From assembly GCA_040880465.1 (NCBI GenBank), contig JBBDIK010000012.1, positions 116,469 through 180,468 on the forward strand: DNA of 64,000 nt, written 5' to 3'. The notes under the pieces were generated by a model. It was given only the letters and a program-made list of their open reading frames with translations. It ran no database searches and was not told the origin of the DNA. This document shows, one piece after another, positions 28,168 through 37,952 of the stretch. Each line of letters opens with the position of its first letter. Position 1 is the stretch's first letter. Made by a program: the position numbers and the translations under genes. The stretch comes from Actinomycetota bacterium. Its GTDB lineage: Bacteria > Actinomycetota > UBA4738 > JBBDHU01.

Positions 28168-29472
28168 GTGAGCGGACCGGCCGTGCCAGACTCGAGGGCG
28201 ATGGGCCTCCACCGGTTGTCCGCACCGCTCACGGCGTTCTCCTTGGCCTTCCTCGTCGCCACCGGGTCGGCCCAGGCTGTGCCGGGCGACCTGGATACGA
28301 GTTTCAGCGGTGACGGGTTCACGACCGTCTCGGCCGAACTGGGCGACGAGTTCATCAACGGTATCGACGAAGGGAACGGGAAACTCGTCGGGGCCGGATG
28401 GACCTCCGATACCGTCGATCGGAACGCCTTGCTCATCCGTCTCAAGGGGGGCGGCGCGGTCGATACGAGCTTCTCCGGCGACGGGATGGTCGTGACCGGT
28501 GGCTCGGCAGACGAGGGATGGACGGATGTGGTCGCGCTGGAGGACGGATCCGTCGTCGCCGTCGGCGCATTCCCGGGCGGGGGCGGGGGGCGCGTGGCGC
28601 TCGCGAGCTACACGTCGGGCGGTGGCCGCGACCGGGCTTTCGGTCGCAAGGGGATCCGGTACGCGAACCTCGATCCGGGGGCAGAGCGGCCCGAGGCGTT
28701 GGTCAAGATGGGCTCGTCCTATTACGTGGTCGGTTCGCTCGGATCCTCGCCGAACATGGACATGTTCATCGCGCGATTCAACGGGTCGAACGGGCGCCTG
28801 GACCAGTCGTACGCAGCCGGCGGGGTTCGTCGGATCGACATCGGACTCAACGACACCGCGTACTCGCTCCATCGGACCCAGGACGGCGGGATGGCGATCG
28901 GCGGAACGGCCCAGCCGTCGGCATCTTTCCAGATGGCCCTGGCGAAGGTGAGCGCCGCCGGGAATCTCGTCAACGGGTTCGGGGACGGCGGGGGGACGAC
29001 GACGCTCGGGGTCTCCGGAGCCAACGCGGGCTACGACCTGTCGCGCGACGGATCCAGGATCGTGCTGGCCGGCCGTTCCCTCGGGATCACCTACGACCCG
29101 GCGATCGCCATCTTCAAGGCTGATGGGTCACCCGATACGTCCTTCGACGGCGACGGATTCCGCAGCTACCCGATCTCACCGAGCGATGGGCGGTTCGCCA
29201 GCGTGTTCGTGACGCCGGATGGCATCATCGCGGCTGGCCAGGGGAGCAGCGGCATCGATCAGGACTTCCTGCTGATGCGGGTGAGCAGGTCAACGGGCGC
29301 GCCGGACGCCACGTTCGGCGGCGGCGACGGGATGGTCTTCACTAACCTCGGCTCGGACCAAGACGCCGCTACCGATACGACGCTGGTTGGCAACACGGTC
29401 TACCTCGGCGGCTGGGCGGACGTGGGGCCAACGTTCTCGGAAGCGGCCTTCGCCCGCTACGACCTGACGTAG
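28168..29472 (+). CDS. secreted delta-60-repeat (beta-propeller-type) protein
   Basis: Signal-like N-terminus (LSAPLTAFSLAFLVATGSAQA). The motif D-[TQ]-S-F-[SD]-GDG-h-h-h recurs about 7 times (DTSFSGDGFTTV, DTSFSGDGMVVT, DTSFDGDGFRSY, DATFGGGDGMVFT, ...). Confidence 0.7.
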   Translation: MSGPAVPDSRAMGLHRLSAPLTAFSLAFLVATGSAQAVPGDLDTSFSGDGFTTVSAELGDEFINGIDEGNGKLVGAGWTSDTVDRNALLIRLKGGGAVDTSFSGDGMVVTGGSADEGWTDVVALEDGSVVAVGAFPGGGGGRVALASYTSGGGRDRAFGRKGIRYANLDPGAERPEALVKMGSSYYVVGSLGSSPNMDMFIARFNGSNGRLDQSYAAGGVRRIDIGLNDTAYSLHRTQDGGMAIGGTAQPSASFQMALAKVSAAGNLVNGFGDGGGTTTLGVSGANAGYDLSRDGSRIVLAGRSLGITYDPAIAIFKADGSPDTSFDGDGFRSYPISPSDGRFASVFVTPDGIIAAGQGSSGIDQDFLLMRVSRSTGAPDATFGGGDGMVFTNLGSDQDAATDTTLVGNTVYLGGWADVGPTFSEAAFARYDLT

Positions 29473-29517
29473 TCGCTCGCCTGCGCTTGGCGTCGTCCGG
29501 CTAGACTGCCCGCCCTC

Positions 29518-30219
29518 GTGAACATCAGGGTGCTGGTCTACAACGTCCATGGGTTCCGATCCGGAGCCGACGACGTGGCGGCGGCGGTCGCCGATGCGCG
29601 GCCCGACATCGCCTTGATCAACGAATGCGGTTCGTACAGGAAGCTCGGCAGGTTCGCGGAGCTCATGGAGATGCGGGCGACGTCCACGCCGCTGCCAAGG
29701 GTGCGCCGCGCCGCCCGCAACGCGATCCTCGTGCGGCGACCGTGGAAGGTGGCGGCATCTCGCACCGTGGCCCTTCCGCGCGGGCAGAAGCGTGCCTACC
29801 CTCGCGCGCTCCTCGCCGCTCAGGTGCACGACGAATACGGTGCGGGAGCGAGCCTCAACGTCCTCTGCACGCATCTCGGGTTGCTCCCGGGGGAACGGGC
29901 GGTACATGCCGGACGGATCCTGGACACCGTCGCAGGAACGGCCGGCCCGTTGCTCATCGGTGGGGACCTGAACGAGCGTCCTGGTCAGCCGGCAGCGGCC
30001 GCGTTCGGGACTCGTCTGTGGGATACCTGGATCAGAGTGGGACCTTCGACGGGGGAGACGTTCCCGGCGTCCGCGCCCGAAGCGCGCATCGACTATCTGT
30101 TCGCCTCCGAGGACCTCACGCCCCGCCGGGCTGTAGTGCTCGGGAGCCCTGCGGCCAAGGCCGCATCCGACCACTTGCCCCTGGTCGTGGACCTCGCCAA
30201 CGGATACAGTTCCGGCTGA
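29518..30219 (+). CDS. endonuclease/exonuclease/phosphatase (EEP) family protein
   Basis: 233 aa with VLVYNVHGF..., ...ALINECGS, ...LCTHLGL, GGDLNE and a C-terminal SDHLPLVVDL typical of the EEP fold. TAGACT at 29502-29507 lies 10 nt before the GTG. Confidence 0.75.
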   Translation: MNIRVLVYNVHGFRSGADDVAAAVADARPDIALINECGSYRKLGRFAELMEMRATSTPLPRVRRAARNAILVRRPWKVAASRTVALPRGQKRAYPRALLAAQVHDEYGAGASLNVLCTHLGLLPGERAVHAGRILDTVAGTAGPLLIGGDLNERPGQPAAAAFGTRLWDTWIRVGPSTGETFPASAPEARIDYLFASEDLTPRRAVVLGSPAAKAASDHLPLVVDLANGYSSG

Positions 30220-30749
30220 TGCGCTTCCCTGCCTTCCCCGGGGCCTTCCCCAGGCTCGTCATCAGCGCCGCCGCGGCGCTGCTCCTGCTCATGGGCTGTT
30301 CGAACACGACATCTTCGACCGGGGCCGACGCGAAAGTGGTCCTAGACGGCGCGCAGGTCGACTCCGAGTTCCGGCAGATCGATTCCCGGTGGGACGAGGA
30401 GAACACGGTTCCGGTCCGTGTCCTGGTCGGTCCCGCCCGCAAGGTCACCGCCAACCTCGTGACCCTTCCCGACAGTTTCGAGAAGACCGAACCGACCGAG
30501 GAGGACCTCGCGAGAGGACCGCAGGGCCAGCTCATCGTCGCGAAATGGTCGGGACCGAGTTCCAGCGGCGGCAGCTGCGCGGTCCGGCTGATCCGGGTTC
30601 CGTCGGCCCTCGTCGAGGGCGGGGAGAGCCGAGTCGAGGTTGCCGGAGATGAGGCGGCGGTGGAGGTATCGGTGGCATGTCGTCCGCCCGAGCGCGATGA
30701 GAAAGACGGGAACGGCGGGAAGGGCGGCAAGGAGCAAGGGGGCGTCTAA
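30219..30749 (+). CDS. lipoprotein, unknown function
   Basis: MRFPAFPGAFPRLVISAAAALLLLMGCSN is a signal peptide plus lipobox (LMGC). The ATG overlaps the previous stop by 1 nt. The tail is Gly/Lys-rich. Confidence 0.6.
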   Translation: MRFPAFPGAFPRLVISAAAALLLLMGCSNTTSSTGADAKVVLDGAQVDSEFRQIDSRWDEENTVPVRVLVGPARKVTANLVTLPDSFEKTEPTEEDLARGPQGQLIVAKWSGPSSSGGSCAVRLIRVPSALVEGGESRVEVAGDEAAVEVSVACRPPERDEKDGNGGKGGKEQGGV

Positions 30750-30880
30750 CTGCGCCGGCCGACGCCGGTGTTGCGGAACATGGTGCTGATGACGTAGATG
30801 CCGAACAGTCCAGCGGCTCCGACGAGACCGACGAGTAGCACGATGAAGAACCACTCCAGGAATCCCCACGCCGCCAGCAT
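30746..30880 (-). CDS. possible 44-aa membrane micro-protein
   Basis: MLAAWGFLEWFFIVLLVGLVGAAGLFGIYVISTMFRNTGVGRRS is one long hydrophobic helix with a basic tail. It is below the ORF-track size cut-off and was found by reading the minus strand. Confidence 0.3.
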   Translation of the reverse strand: MLAAWGFLEWFFIVLLVGLVGAAGLFGIYVISTMFRNTGVGRRS

Positions 30881-30953
30881 CCGCTCGTCTCCCGTGTCCT
30901 GCCGCGGGCGGTAGTGTAGTACCGACCCGCCCTGCCGGCCCCCGGGGAGGCCC

Positions 30954-31763
30954 GTGTTCTTCTACTGGTTGATCAAGAACGTGCTCGGCGGACCGATCGT
31001 CCGCCTCCTGTACCGACCTCGCTCGCAGGGTGCCGAACGGGTGCCCACGGAGGGGCCGGTGATCCTGGCGGCCAACCACCTCTCGTTCCTCGACAGCATC
31101 TTCATCCCCCTGTTCCTGCCCCGCCCGGTGATCTTCCTGGGAAAGTCGGAGTACTTCGAGCGTCGCCGGACCGCCTGGTTCTTCCGTCTCGTCGGGGTCA
31201 TCCCCGTTCGGCGGGATAGCGGGACCGCAGCCGAGGCCGCATTGCGCGCCGGGCTCGAGGTCCTGAAGGAGGGGGGGGTCATCGGGATCTACCCGGAGGG
31301 AACCCGGAGCCCCGACGGACGCGTCTATCGCGGGAAGACCGGCGTGGCCCGCCTGGCGCTGGCTGCCGACGCCCCGGTGGTGCCCGTCGTCGTGTTCGGA
31401 ACGCGCGACCTGCAGCCCCCGAACCGTCGGTTGCCGAAGCTGTCCGGGCGCGTTCGCGTCGCCTACGGCGAGCCGCTGACCTTCGAGAAGTACCGAGGCC
31501 GAGCGAACGATAAGTATGCCCTCCGCCGGGTCACGGACGAGATCATGTTCGAGATCATGATGCTCTCCGGCCAGGAGTACGTGGACGAGTACGCGGCCCG
31601 GGCGAGGAGCCGTATGGATGCACAGGTGGACGTCTCGGAGGGCCCGGGCGCCTCCGACGGTTCCGCGGCCTCGGATATCGCGGGGCACACCCCCAAGGAG
31701 ACTCCGGCGCAAGACGACGCGGCTTCGGGAACGGACCGCCCGGATGATCATCGGCGCCGGTAG
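30954..31763 (+). CDS. plsC: 1-acyl-sn-glycerol-3-phosphate acyltransferase (lysophospholipid acyltransferase family)
   Basis: Contains the acyltransferase motifs ANHLSFLDS (HX4D) and YPEGTRSPDG. Confidence 0.85.
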   Translation: MFFYWLIKNVLGGPIVRLLYRPRSQGAERVPTEGPVILAANHLSFLDSIFIPLFLPRPVIFLGKSEYFERRRTAWFFRLVGVIPVRRDSGTAAEAALRAGLEVLKEGGVIGIYPEGTRSPDGRVYRGKTGVARLALAADAPVVPVVVFGTRDLQPPNRRLPKLSGRVRVAYGEPLTFEKYRGRANDKYALRRVTDEIMFEIMMLSGQEYVDEYAARARSRMDAQVDVSEGPGASDGSAASDIAGHTPKETPAQDDAASGTDRPDDHRRR

Positions 31764-31815
31764 TTCGGCGGACCTCGGGTATACTTACGCTGTAAGTCGA
31801 CTGGGAGAGGGCCGC

Positions 31816-32598
31816 ATGGAACTGATCGTCGAGGCGCGCGGCGTTCGCAAGGTCTATCACGCAGGGACCGACGTCGAGGCGTTGAAGGGCGTCGATGTCG
31901 ATGTCGCGACCGGTGAGATGGTCGCCATCATGGGTCCGTCGGGGTCCGGCAAGACGACCCTGCTGAACTGTCTGTCCGGCCTGGAGTCGATCGATGAGGG
32001 AACGATCCTCGTCGACGGGCAGGACCTCGCGGAGCTGTCGGACAACGCGCGAACGGAGTGGCGGGGCAAGTCCATGGGGTTCATCTTCCAGGCGTTCAAC
32101 CTCTTGCCGGTGCTCTCGGCCGCGGAGAACGTCGAGATGCCGCTGCTCCTGCTCGGGACGAAACAGCGGGAGGCCCGGCGGCGCGCGAACGAGATGCTCG
32201 AGATGGTGGGACTGGCGGGGCGGGAGAAGCATCGCCCGGATCAACTCTCCGGGGGTGAACAGCAGCGCGTCGCCGTGGCGCGAGCACTCGTGCACCGCCC
32301 GGCGGTCATCTGGGCGGACGAACCTACCGGGAACCTCGATTCCGAATCGACCGAAACGATCATGGATCTGCTGATCCGCATGAACGGGGATGGGCAGACG
32401 ATCGTTCTGGTTACCCACAGCCAAGAGGTCGCAGACCTGACACAGCGGGTGATCCGGGTTCGTGACGGCATGATCGAAGGCGGTTCGAGAACGGCGGGCG
32501 ACACGACGCATGCAGGCCACGCCGACGAGGCAGACGGTGACGCGCCCCCCTCGGACGACGCGGCCGATGACGCAGCCCCTGCGGACACCCTCTCGTGA
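31816..32598 (+). CDS. ABC transporter ATP-binding protein (MacB/LolD/FtsE type)
   Basis: Walker A GPSGSGKTT, signature LSGGEQQRVAVARAL and Walker B VIWADEPTGNLD. Start at ATG 31816. Confidence 0.9.
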   Translation: MELIVEARGVRKVYHAGTDVEALKGVDVDVATGEMVAIMGPSGSGKTTLLNCLSGLESIDEGTILVDGQDLAELSDNARTEWRGKSMGFIFQAFNLLPVLSAAENVEMPLLLLGTKQREARRRANEMLEMVGLAGREKHRPDQLSGGEQQRVAVARALVHRPAVIWADEPTGNLDSESTETIMDLLIRMNGDGQTIVLVTHSQEVADLTQRVIRVRDGMIEGGSRTAGDTTHAGHADEADGDAPPSDDAADDAAPADTLS

Positions 32599-35500
32599 GC
32601 CCAGCCTTGCAGGTGATCGGCGGCGCCTTCGTCGTCGTCTACCTGATCGTGATCTTCCTGGCCATCCGCAAGCCACTCCTCGGGCGCCTGGCGCTGCGGG
32701 AGGGGGTTCGCCGCCCCGGGCAGACGTTGCTGGTGGTAGGTGGGTTGATGGTCGGCGCAGCGGGCATGACGGCCGCCCTGGTCGGCGCCGACTCCGCTCG
32801 GGACTCCTCGGTCCTGAACGCCTACCGATCGTGGGACGCGACCGACCTGACGGTGACCGCGGACAACGAGGTGTTCCCGTACGGTGTCGCGCAGGCGTTG
32901 CGCGATGACCAGGCGGTCGCGGACCACGTCGACGGCGTCATGGCCGGCATCGAAGTCGTCGGATCGGTCTCGAACAAGACTCGCGAGACCAGCGATTCTG
33001 GGGTGCGGCTGATCGGGTTCGACACGGCGACCCAGGCGCAGTTCGGCGCCTTCACGCTCGCGGACGGCACGACCACCACCGGTGAAGATCTCGGTCCGCG
33101 CGAAGTCCTGGTCTCGCGGCAGCTTGCGGACGATCTGGACGTCGAGGTGGGCGACGAACTGAAGATGGGGGTCGAGCCGCTCGAGAAGCCGAAGCCAACG
33201 CCGAAGCAGATCGGGAACAGGATGAAGGCGCTCGGCAACGACCTCCAGCGCCTCCAGAACGAAGCCGAGCGGAAAGCGACCGCGGCCGCGAAGAGGGCCG
33301 GCAAGCGGGCGGCTGAAGCCGCCGCGAAGCAAGCGGCCGCGCAGTACCTGGCGCAGGTCCAGGCGGATCTGGCGGCGCAGGGACAGGCCACGGCGGCCGC
33401 CTACCTGGGGCAGATCAAGGACTTCCAACAGGGCGTCAAGGACACCATCAAGGACGCGAAGGAGGCGGAGAAGGAAGCGGGGCTGCCGCCCGGTTCCATC
33501 CCGCCGTACATCGCAGAGCCTGTTCCGCCGCCGCCGCCCACGATCACGCCGCCCGATGTCGATGCGATCAAGGCCGAGGCGACGGCGGTGGCGACGGCGG
33601 CCGCTCAGGCCGCGGGTGCGGCTGCGGCCCAGGATGCCGCGGAGCGGGTCGGCAAGCGCTACAGCAAGCGCGCCGAGAGCAAGGTGGATCGCCTCGAGGA
33701 TCTGAAGGACCTGTTGGACGAAACGATCGACGAGCTGCGCCCCGTGACGTTCAGGGTTGCCGGTATCGCCAAGCTCGAGGGCCCCGGTGCGTATGGGTTG
33801 TTCTCCGCAGTGTTCGCACCGCTCCCCCTCGCACAAGACATCGCCAACACCGAACGGGTGAACGTCATCCGCGTGTCGGGAACGGGCGACGCGTACACAG
33901 GTCTTGAGGAAGCAACCGCGGCGATCCCCGCCGTTCGGGCCCGCCTCGACGAACTGAACCGCGACGTGAAGATCGATGAAGACGCGCTCCTCGAAGTCCA
34001 GGACGTCAAGCAGAGCGAGGTCGAGGCGGCCGAGGACAGCACCGAGTTCGTGTTCGCGATGTTGGTGGGGATGAGCTTCCTCGTGATCGCCGCAGGCATC
34101 GCCCTGGTCATCAACCTCACGCAGATGCTCGCCGAGGAGCGTCGGCCGCGACTGGCGACGTTGCGCGCGCTGGGGCTGACGAGACGTGGACTCGTGACGC
34201 TGTCGGTCTTGGAGGGCGCCTTCTACTCGCTCCTCGCGGCGCTCGTCGGCACCGGCATCGGGATCTTCGCCGGCCGGATGCTGGCCGAACGGTTCGGCAA
34301 GGCTTTCGCGGAGTTCTTCGGCGCGAACGTCGACTACCGGTTCGTGTTCTCGGTTCGCATCGAGACGCTCGCGACGGCGTTCGCGGCCGGCGCGCTTATC
34401 ACCTTGGGGACGATGTACGTTTCGGCTTGGCGAACCTCGCGCATGTCGATCCCCGCCGCGATCCGGAACCTGCCGGAGCCTGCCAAGGACAAGCACCGGC
34501 GTCGCTGGCCACGCGTGGTTTTCGGCGTCGCCCTCTTGACGTTCGGCATCATGAGCCTGGCCGGCACTGAAAAGGCGGGCCGGCTCGTCGGCGGGGTAGC
34601 GGTCATGGTGGTCATCTCCGGCATCCTGAAAGGCCGGATCCCCGACCGGCTCCGCGGGACGATCTACGGAGCGGCCTTGGCCGGATGGGCGTTCTACAAC
34701 GTCGGACAAGTGAGCGGCGAAGACGACCCGAACAAGTTCTTCGGCGTCTTCACGCTCTCGGTACTCATCGCGGTGATCGGCTTGTCGCTCCTTGCCGCCG
34801 CCAACCTCCGGATCGTCGAGCGAGCCGCGAACCTGCTCCGGTTCGTTTCCCGGCGCCTCGCCGCGACGCTCCGCGTCCCGCTTGCCTTCCTGGCTCGCCG
34901 GTCGATGCGCACCGGGCTCTCGATCATCATGTTCGCGGTGATCATGGCCATCATCTCGATGTTCTCGGTGATGCTGGCGATCTTCCAGCCGCAGTACGAA
35001 CGCGAGTCGCTCGGGTACGACATCGTGCTCACCTCGGCCGAACACGAGCCGGTCGGGCTCCCGGCCTCGGTCAAGCCGCTGGTGGAGGAACGTGCCAACA
35101 TCGTGACGAAGGTCTACACGGGCTCGTTCAAGTCCCAGTTCGCCAACCTCGAGCGGACGTTCGCTCCGCTGTACGTGCTCGACGAGGAGCAGTTCGCCGA
35201 TCCGCCGATGATGCTGAACGCCCGCGACGAGGCCTACGGGTCTGATGCCGAGGTATGGGCGGCGGTACGGAGTGATCCCACCTTGGTCGTGTCCAACTTC
35301 GGTCAGCCGGGAGACGAGATCACGCTCGACGGCAAGGACGGTCCCGTTACGTTCACGATCGCCGCGACGCCGCCGGCCGGACTCTTCCAGGGACTAGCGG
35401 GGCCGAAGGAGACCTTCGACGTCTTCGACGACACGACGAAGGGCGTGACCAGCCTCGTCGCGATCGCGGGGAACGGGAACGTGCCCGAGGTGGCGGCTTT

Positions 35501-35978
35501 GATCGAGCGCAAGAGATACAAGGACGGGGTGACCTCGACCCCGGTCCGCGAGCTGATGGACCGCGGTTACCGCGCGAACCGGACCATGTTCTCGGTGATC
35601 GACGTTCTGATGAAGATGGGGCTGGTCGTCGGGATCCTCTCGCTCGGGATCCTGGCGCTCCGCGCGATCGTCGAACGGCGCCACCTGATCGGCGTGCTCC
35701 GCGCGATCGGATTCCGGAAGCGCTCGGTCATGTCCGGGCTGTTAGTGGAGGCCGGCATGACCACGACCCTCGGCGTCGCCGTCGGCGTCATCACCGGGCT
35801 GATCATGGGCTGGATCTTCTTCACGTCCTTCTTCGAGACGTCGGTGTTCGGCATCGACCGCGAGAACCTCTTCGGCGCGATCGCGCTGGTCTACGCCGCG
35901 GTCGTTGTCGTGACCGTTCCTCCCGCCTGGCGGGCATCCCGGCTTCCGCCGGCGGAAGCCGTCCGGTACACGGAGTAG
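32595..35978 (+). CDS. ABC transporter permease with two FtsX/MacB-type domains and a very large extracytoplasmic insert
   Basis: 1127 aa with GTGA overlap to the ATPase gene. FtsX-like TM bundles occur mid-protein and at the C-terminus (...RASRLPPAEAVRYTE). An Ala/Lys/Gln-rich coiled region and a PPPPPTITPP tract lie at about 33180-33720. Confidence 0.85.
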   Translation: MSPALQVIGGAFVVVYLIVIFLAIRKPLLGRLALREGVRRPGQTLLVVGGLMVGAAGMTAALVGADSARDSSVLNAYRSWDATDLTVTADNEVFPYGVAQALRDDQAVADHVDGVMAGIEVVGSVSNKTRETSDSGVRLIGFDTATQAQFGAFTLADGTTTTGEDLGPREVLVSRQLADDLDVEVGDELKMGVEPLEKPKPTPKQIGNRMKALGNDLQRLQNEAERKATAAAKRAGKRAAEAAAKQAAAQYLAQVQADLAAQGQATAAAYLGQIKDFQQGVKDTIKDAKEAEKEAGLPPGSIPPYIAEPVPPPPPTITPPDVDAIKAEATAVATAAAQAAGAAAAQDAAERVGKRYSKRAESKVDRLEDLKDLLDETIDELRPVTFRVAGIAKLEGPGAYGLFSAVFAPLPLAQDIANTERVNVIRVSGTGDAYTGLEEATAAIPAVRARLDELNRDVKIDEDALLEVQDVKQSEVEAAEDSTEFVFAMLVGMSFLVIAAGIALVINLTQMLAEERRPRLATLRALGLTRRGLVTLSVLEGAFYSLLAALVGTGIGIFAGRMLAERFGKAFAEFFGANVDYRFVFSVRIETLATAFAAGALITLGTMYVSAWRTSRMSIPAAIRNLPEPAKDKHRRRWPRVVFGVALLTFGIMSLAGTEKAGRLVGGVAVMVVISGILKGRIPDRLRGTIYGAALAGWAFYNVGQVSGEDDPNKFFGVFTLSVLIAVIGLSLLAAANLRIVERAANLLRFVSRRLAATLRVPLAFLARRSMRTGLSIIMFAVIMAIISMFSVMLAIFQPQYERESLGYDIVLTSAEHEPVGLPASVKPLVEERANIVTKVYTGSFKSQFANLERTFAPLYVLDEEQFADPPMMLNARDEAYGSDAEVWAAVRSDPTLVVSNFGQPGDEITLDGKDGPVTFTIAATPPAGLFQGLAGPKETFDVFDDTTKGVTSLVAIAGNGNVPEVAALIERKRYKDGVTSTPVRELMDRGYRANRTMFSVIDVLMKMGLVVGILSLGILALRAIVERRHLIGVLRAIGFRKRSVMSGLLVEAGMTTTLGVAVGVITGLIMGWIFFTSFFETSVFGIDRENLFGAIALVYAAVVVVTVPPAWRASRLPPAEAVRYTE

Positions 35979-36057
35979 GCAGGGCTCGGGCCGCAGGAGC
36001 CTCCGCTCGCCGGGTGGCATACGATGCTCCCGTGCGGTTCCCGATCATGGAGGCGAT

Positions 36058-37317
36058 GTGAGGCTCGGCATCCTGTGCGGCGGTGGTCCCGCTCCGGGCA
36101 TCAACTCGGTGATCTCGGCCGCCACGATCGAGGCGATCAACTCCGGCTGGGAGGTCGTCGGCATCCGTGATGGCTTCTCCCATCTGATCACCGGCGACAC
36201 CTCGCACATCGAGCCGCTCCTGATCACCGACGTCTCCCGCATCCACGGCATGGGCGGGACGATCCTCGGCACCTCGCGCGCGAATCCCACGAGACGGGAG
36301 GACGACCTGCGCGCCTGCGTGGCAACGCTGAAGGCACTCGAGCTCGACGGCCTGATCACGATCGGCGGGGACGATACCGCCTTCTCCGCGACCCGGCTGG
36401 CTGAGGAGGCGGGCGGCACGCTGAAGGTGGTTCACGTTCCGAAGACGATCGATAACGACCTGCCGCTGCCGGGAGGGATGCCGACGTTCGGGTTCCAGAC
36501 GGCCCGTCACGTCGGTGTGCACCTGACCACGAACCTGATGACGGACGCGACGGCGACGGAGCGTTGGTACTTCGTGGTCGCGATGGGGCGCACGGCCGGC
36601 CATCTGGCGTTGGGCATCGGGAAGGCGGCCGGCGCGACGGTGACCGTCATCGCCGAGGAGTTCCCCGAGGGCCCGATCCCGCTGAAGCAGGTCGCCGACA
36701 TCCTGGAGACGTCGATGCTCAAGCGTGTGGCCCACGGACGACCGTTCGGTGTCGCGGTGATCGCGGAGGGGATCGGGGAGCGGCTTCCGGAGGAGGAGCT
36801 GATGGAGGTCGCGCCGGATATCGAACGTGACGATCATGGCCACATCCGGCTCGAAGAGCTGAACCTTCACCGGATCCTCGCCGACGTCGTCAAGAAGCGT
36901 TTCAAGGAACGCGGCCAGAGTGTCACGATCACCGCGAAGAACATCGGCTATGAGCTGCGAGGCGCGCCGCCGATCCCATGGGATATCGACTACACGCGCG
37001 ATCTGGGGTGGGGGGCCTTCGACCACCTGCGCACGTTGCTCGGGTCCGGCTCCGAGGAGATCGGGGCCATGATCACGCTGCACGACGGGCATCTCGAGCC
37101 GCTCGAGTTCGGCTCCTTCAACGACCCGAAGACCGGTCGTCCGATGCCCCGGCTCGTGGATGTCAACTCCACGACCTACCGCGTCGCTCGCGAGTACATG
37201 ATCCGGCTCAGCGCGGAGGACCTCGCGGACGATGCGAAACTCAAACCCATCGCCGAGGCGGTTGGGATGGATCCGGCGGCGTTCCGTGACCGCTTCGGGT
37301 ACGTGGCCGGCGACTGA
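36058..37317 (+). CDS. 6-phosphofructokinase, probably PPi-dependent type
   Basis: Contains GGGPAPGINS, GGDDT (Asp where ATP-dependent enzymes have Gly), TIDNDL and MGRTAGHLA. GGAGG lies upstream of the GTG. Confidence 0.85.
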   Translation: MRLGILCGGGPAPGINSVISAATIEAINSGWEVVGIRDGFSHLITGDTSHIEPLLITDVSRIHGMGGTILGTSRANPTRREDDLRACVATLKALELDGLITIGGDDTAFSATRLAEEAGGTLKVVHVPKTIDNDLPLPGGMPTFGFQTARHVGVHLTTNLMTDATATERWYFVVAMGRTAGHLALGIGKAAGATVTVIAEEFPEGPIPLKQVADILETSMLKRVAHGRPFGVAVIAEGIGERLPEEELMEVAPDIERDDHGHIRLEELNLHRILADVVKKRFKERGQSVTITAKNIGYELRGAPPIPWDIDYTRDLGWGAFDHLRTLLGSGSEEIGAMITLHDGHLEPLEFGSFNDPKTGRPMPRLVDVNSTTYRVAREYMIRLSAEDLADDAKLKPIAEAVGMDPAAFRDRFGYVAGD

Positions 37318-37361
37318 GCAGCCCCTTCCACGCTTCACGCGGTTCGCGGGATGATAGACGG

Positions 37362-37907
37362 ATGGAGAGCCTCCGCGGGAAGCTGTTGATCGCCGGCCCG
37401 GGCCTGTGGGATCCGCGTTTCCGACGGACGGTGGTCCTCATCGGCCAACACGACGAGCAGGATGGAGCCGTGGGGGTCATCCTCAACCGAGCGCTGGAGC
37501 TGTCGGTGGAAGAGGCGATCCCGGACCTCTCCCAGGTCGTCCCTCCCGGAGAGCCGATCTTCGAAGGCGGCCCGGTTCAGCCACAGGCGGCGATCATCGT
37601 CGCTGACTTCGATGACCCGGCGCAGGTGGACGTGCTGGCGTTCGACTCGGTTGGGTTCGTCCCACCCGAGATCGATCCGCAGACGGCCGTGGTCCGGCGT
37701 GCGCGCGTCTTCGCCGGGTACGCGGGTTGGGGCCCCGGACAGCTGGAGGCGGAGCTGGTCGAGGATGGGTCGTGGTTGATCGAGCCCGCCCTGGCGGATG
37801 ATGTCTTCTGCCACGACCCCGAGCGTCTCTGGGAGCAGGTCGTCGCGCGGAAGGGAAGTGACTTCGCGCTCCTGCGGTCCATGCCGGAGGATCCTTCGCT
37901 GAACTAA
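37362..37907 (+). CDS. YqgE/AlgH family protein (UPF0301)
   Basis: LRGKLLIAGPGLWDPRFRRTVVLIGQHDEQDGAVGVILNR...FAGYAGWGPGQLE is the family signature. Confidence 0.85.
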   Translation: MESLRGKLLIAGPGLWDPRFRRTVVLIGQHDEQDGAVGVILNRALELSVEEAIPDLSQVVPPGEPIFEGGPVQPQAAIIVADFDDPAQVDVLAFDSVGFVPPEIDPQTAVVRRARVFAGYAGWGPGQLEAELVEDGSWLIEPALADDVFCHDPERLWEQVVARKGSDFALLRSMPEDPSLN

Positions 37908-37940
37908 CCGGGGATGTGCCGGTGTTGTGACCGGTGGAGG

Positions 37941-37946
37941 TAGATT
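37941..37946 (+). promoter_or_regulatory. -10 hexamer TAGATT for a leaderless copA transcript
   Basis: TAGATT is followed by 6 nt and then ATG 37953. Confidence 0.4.
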
Positions 37947-37952
37947 CTGCCT

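Noticed and set aside
32241-35045. Very long alternative-frame or antisense ORFs in the track: 934 aa at 32241-35045(-), 583 aa at 22980-24731(-), 505 aa at 35821-37338(-), 387 aa at 2600-3763(-), 437 aa at 3837-5150(+), and many of 100-400 aa.
   Set aside because: Their translations are Arg/Pro/Gly/Asp-rich and low-complexity, with no recognisable motifs. Each lies opposite or out of frame to a gene with clear family signatures. These are typical shadow ORFs of a high-GC genome, where stop codons are rare.
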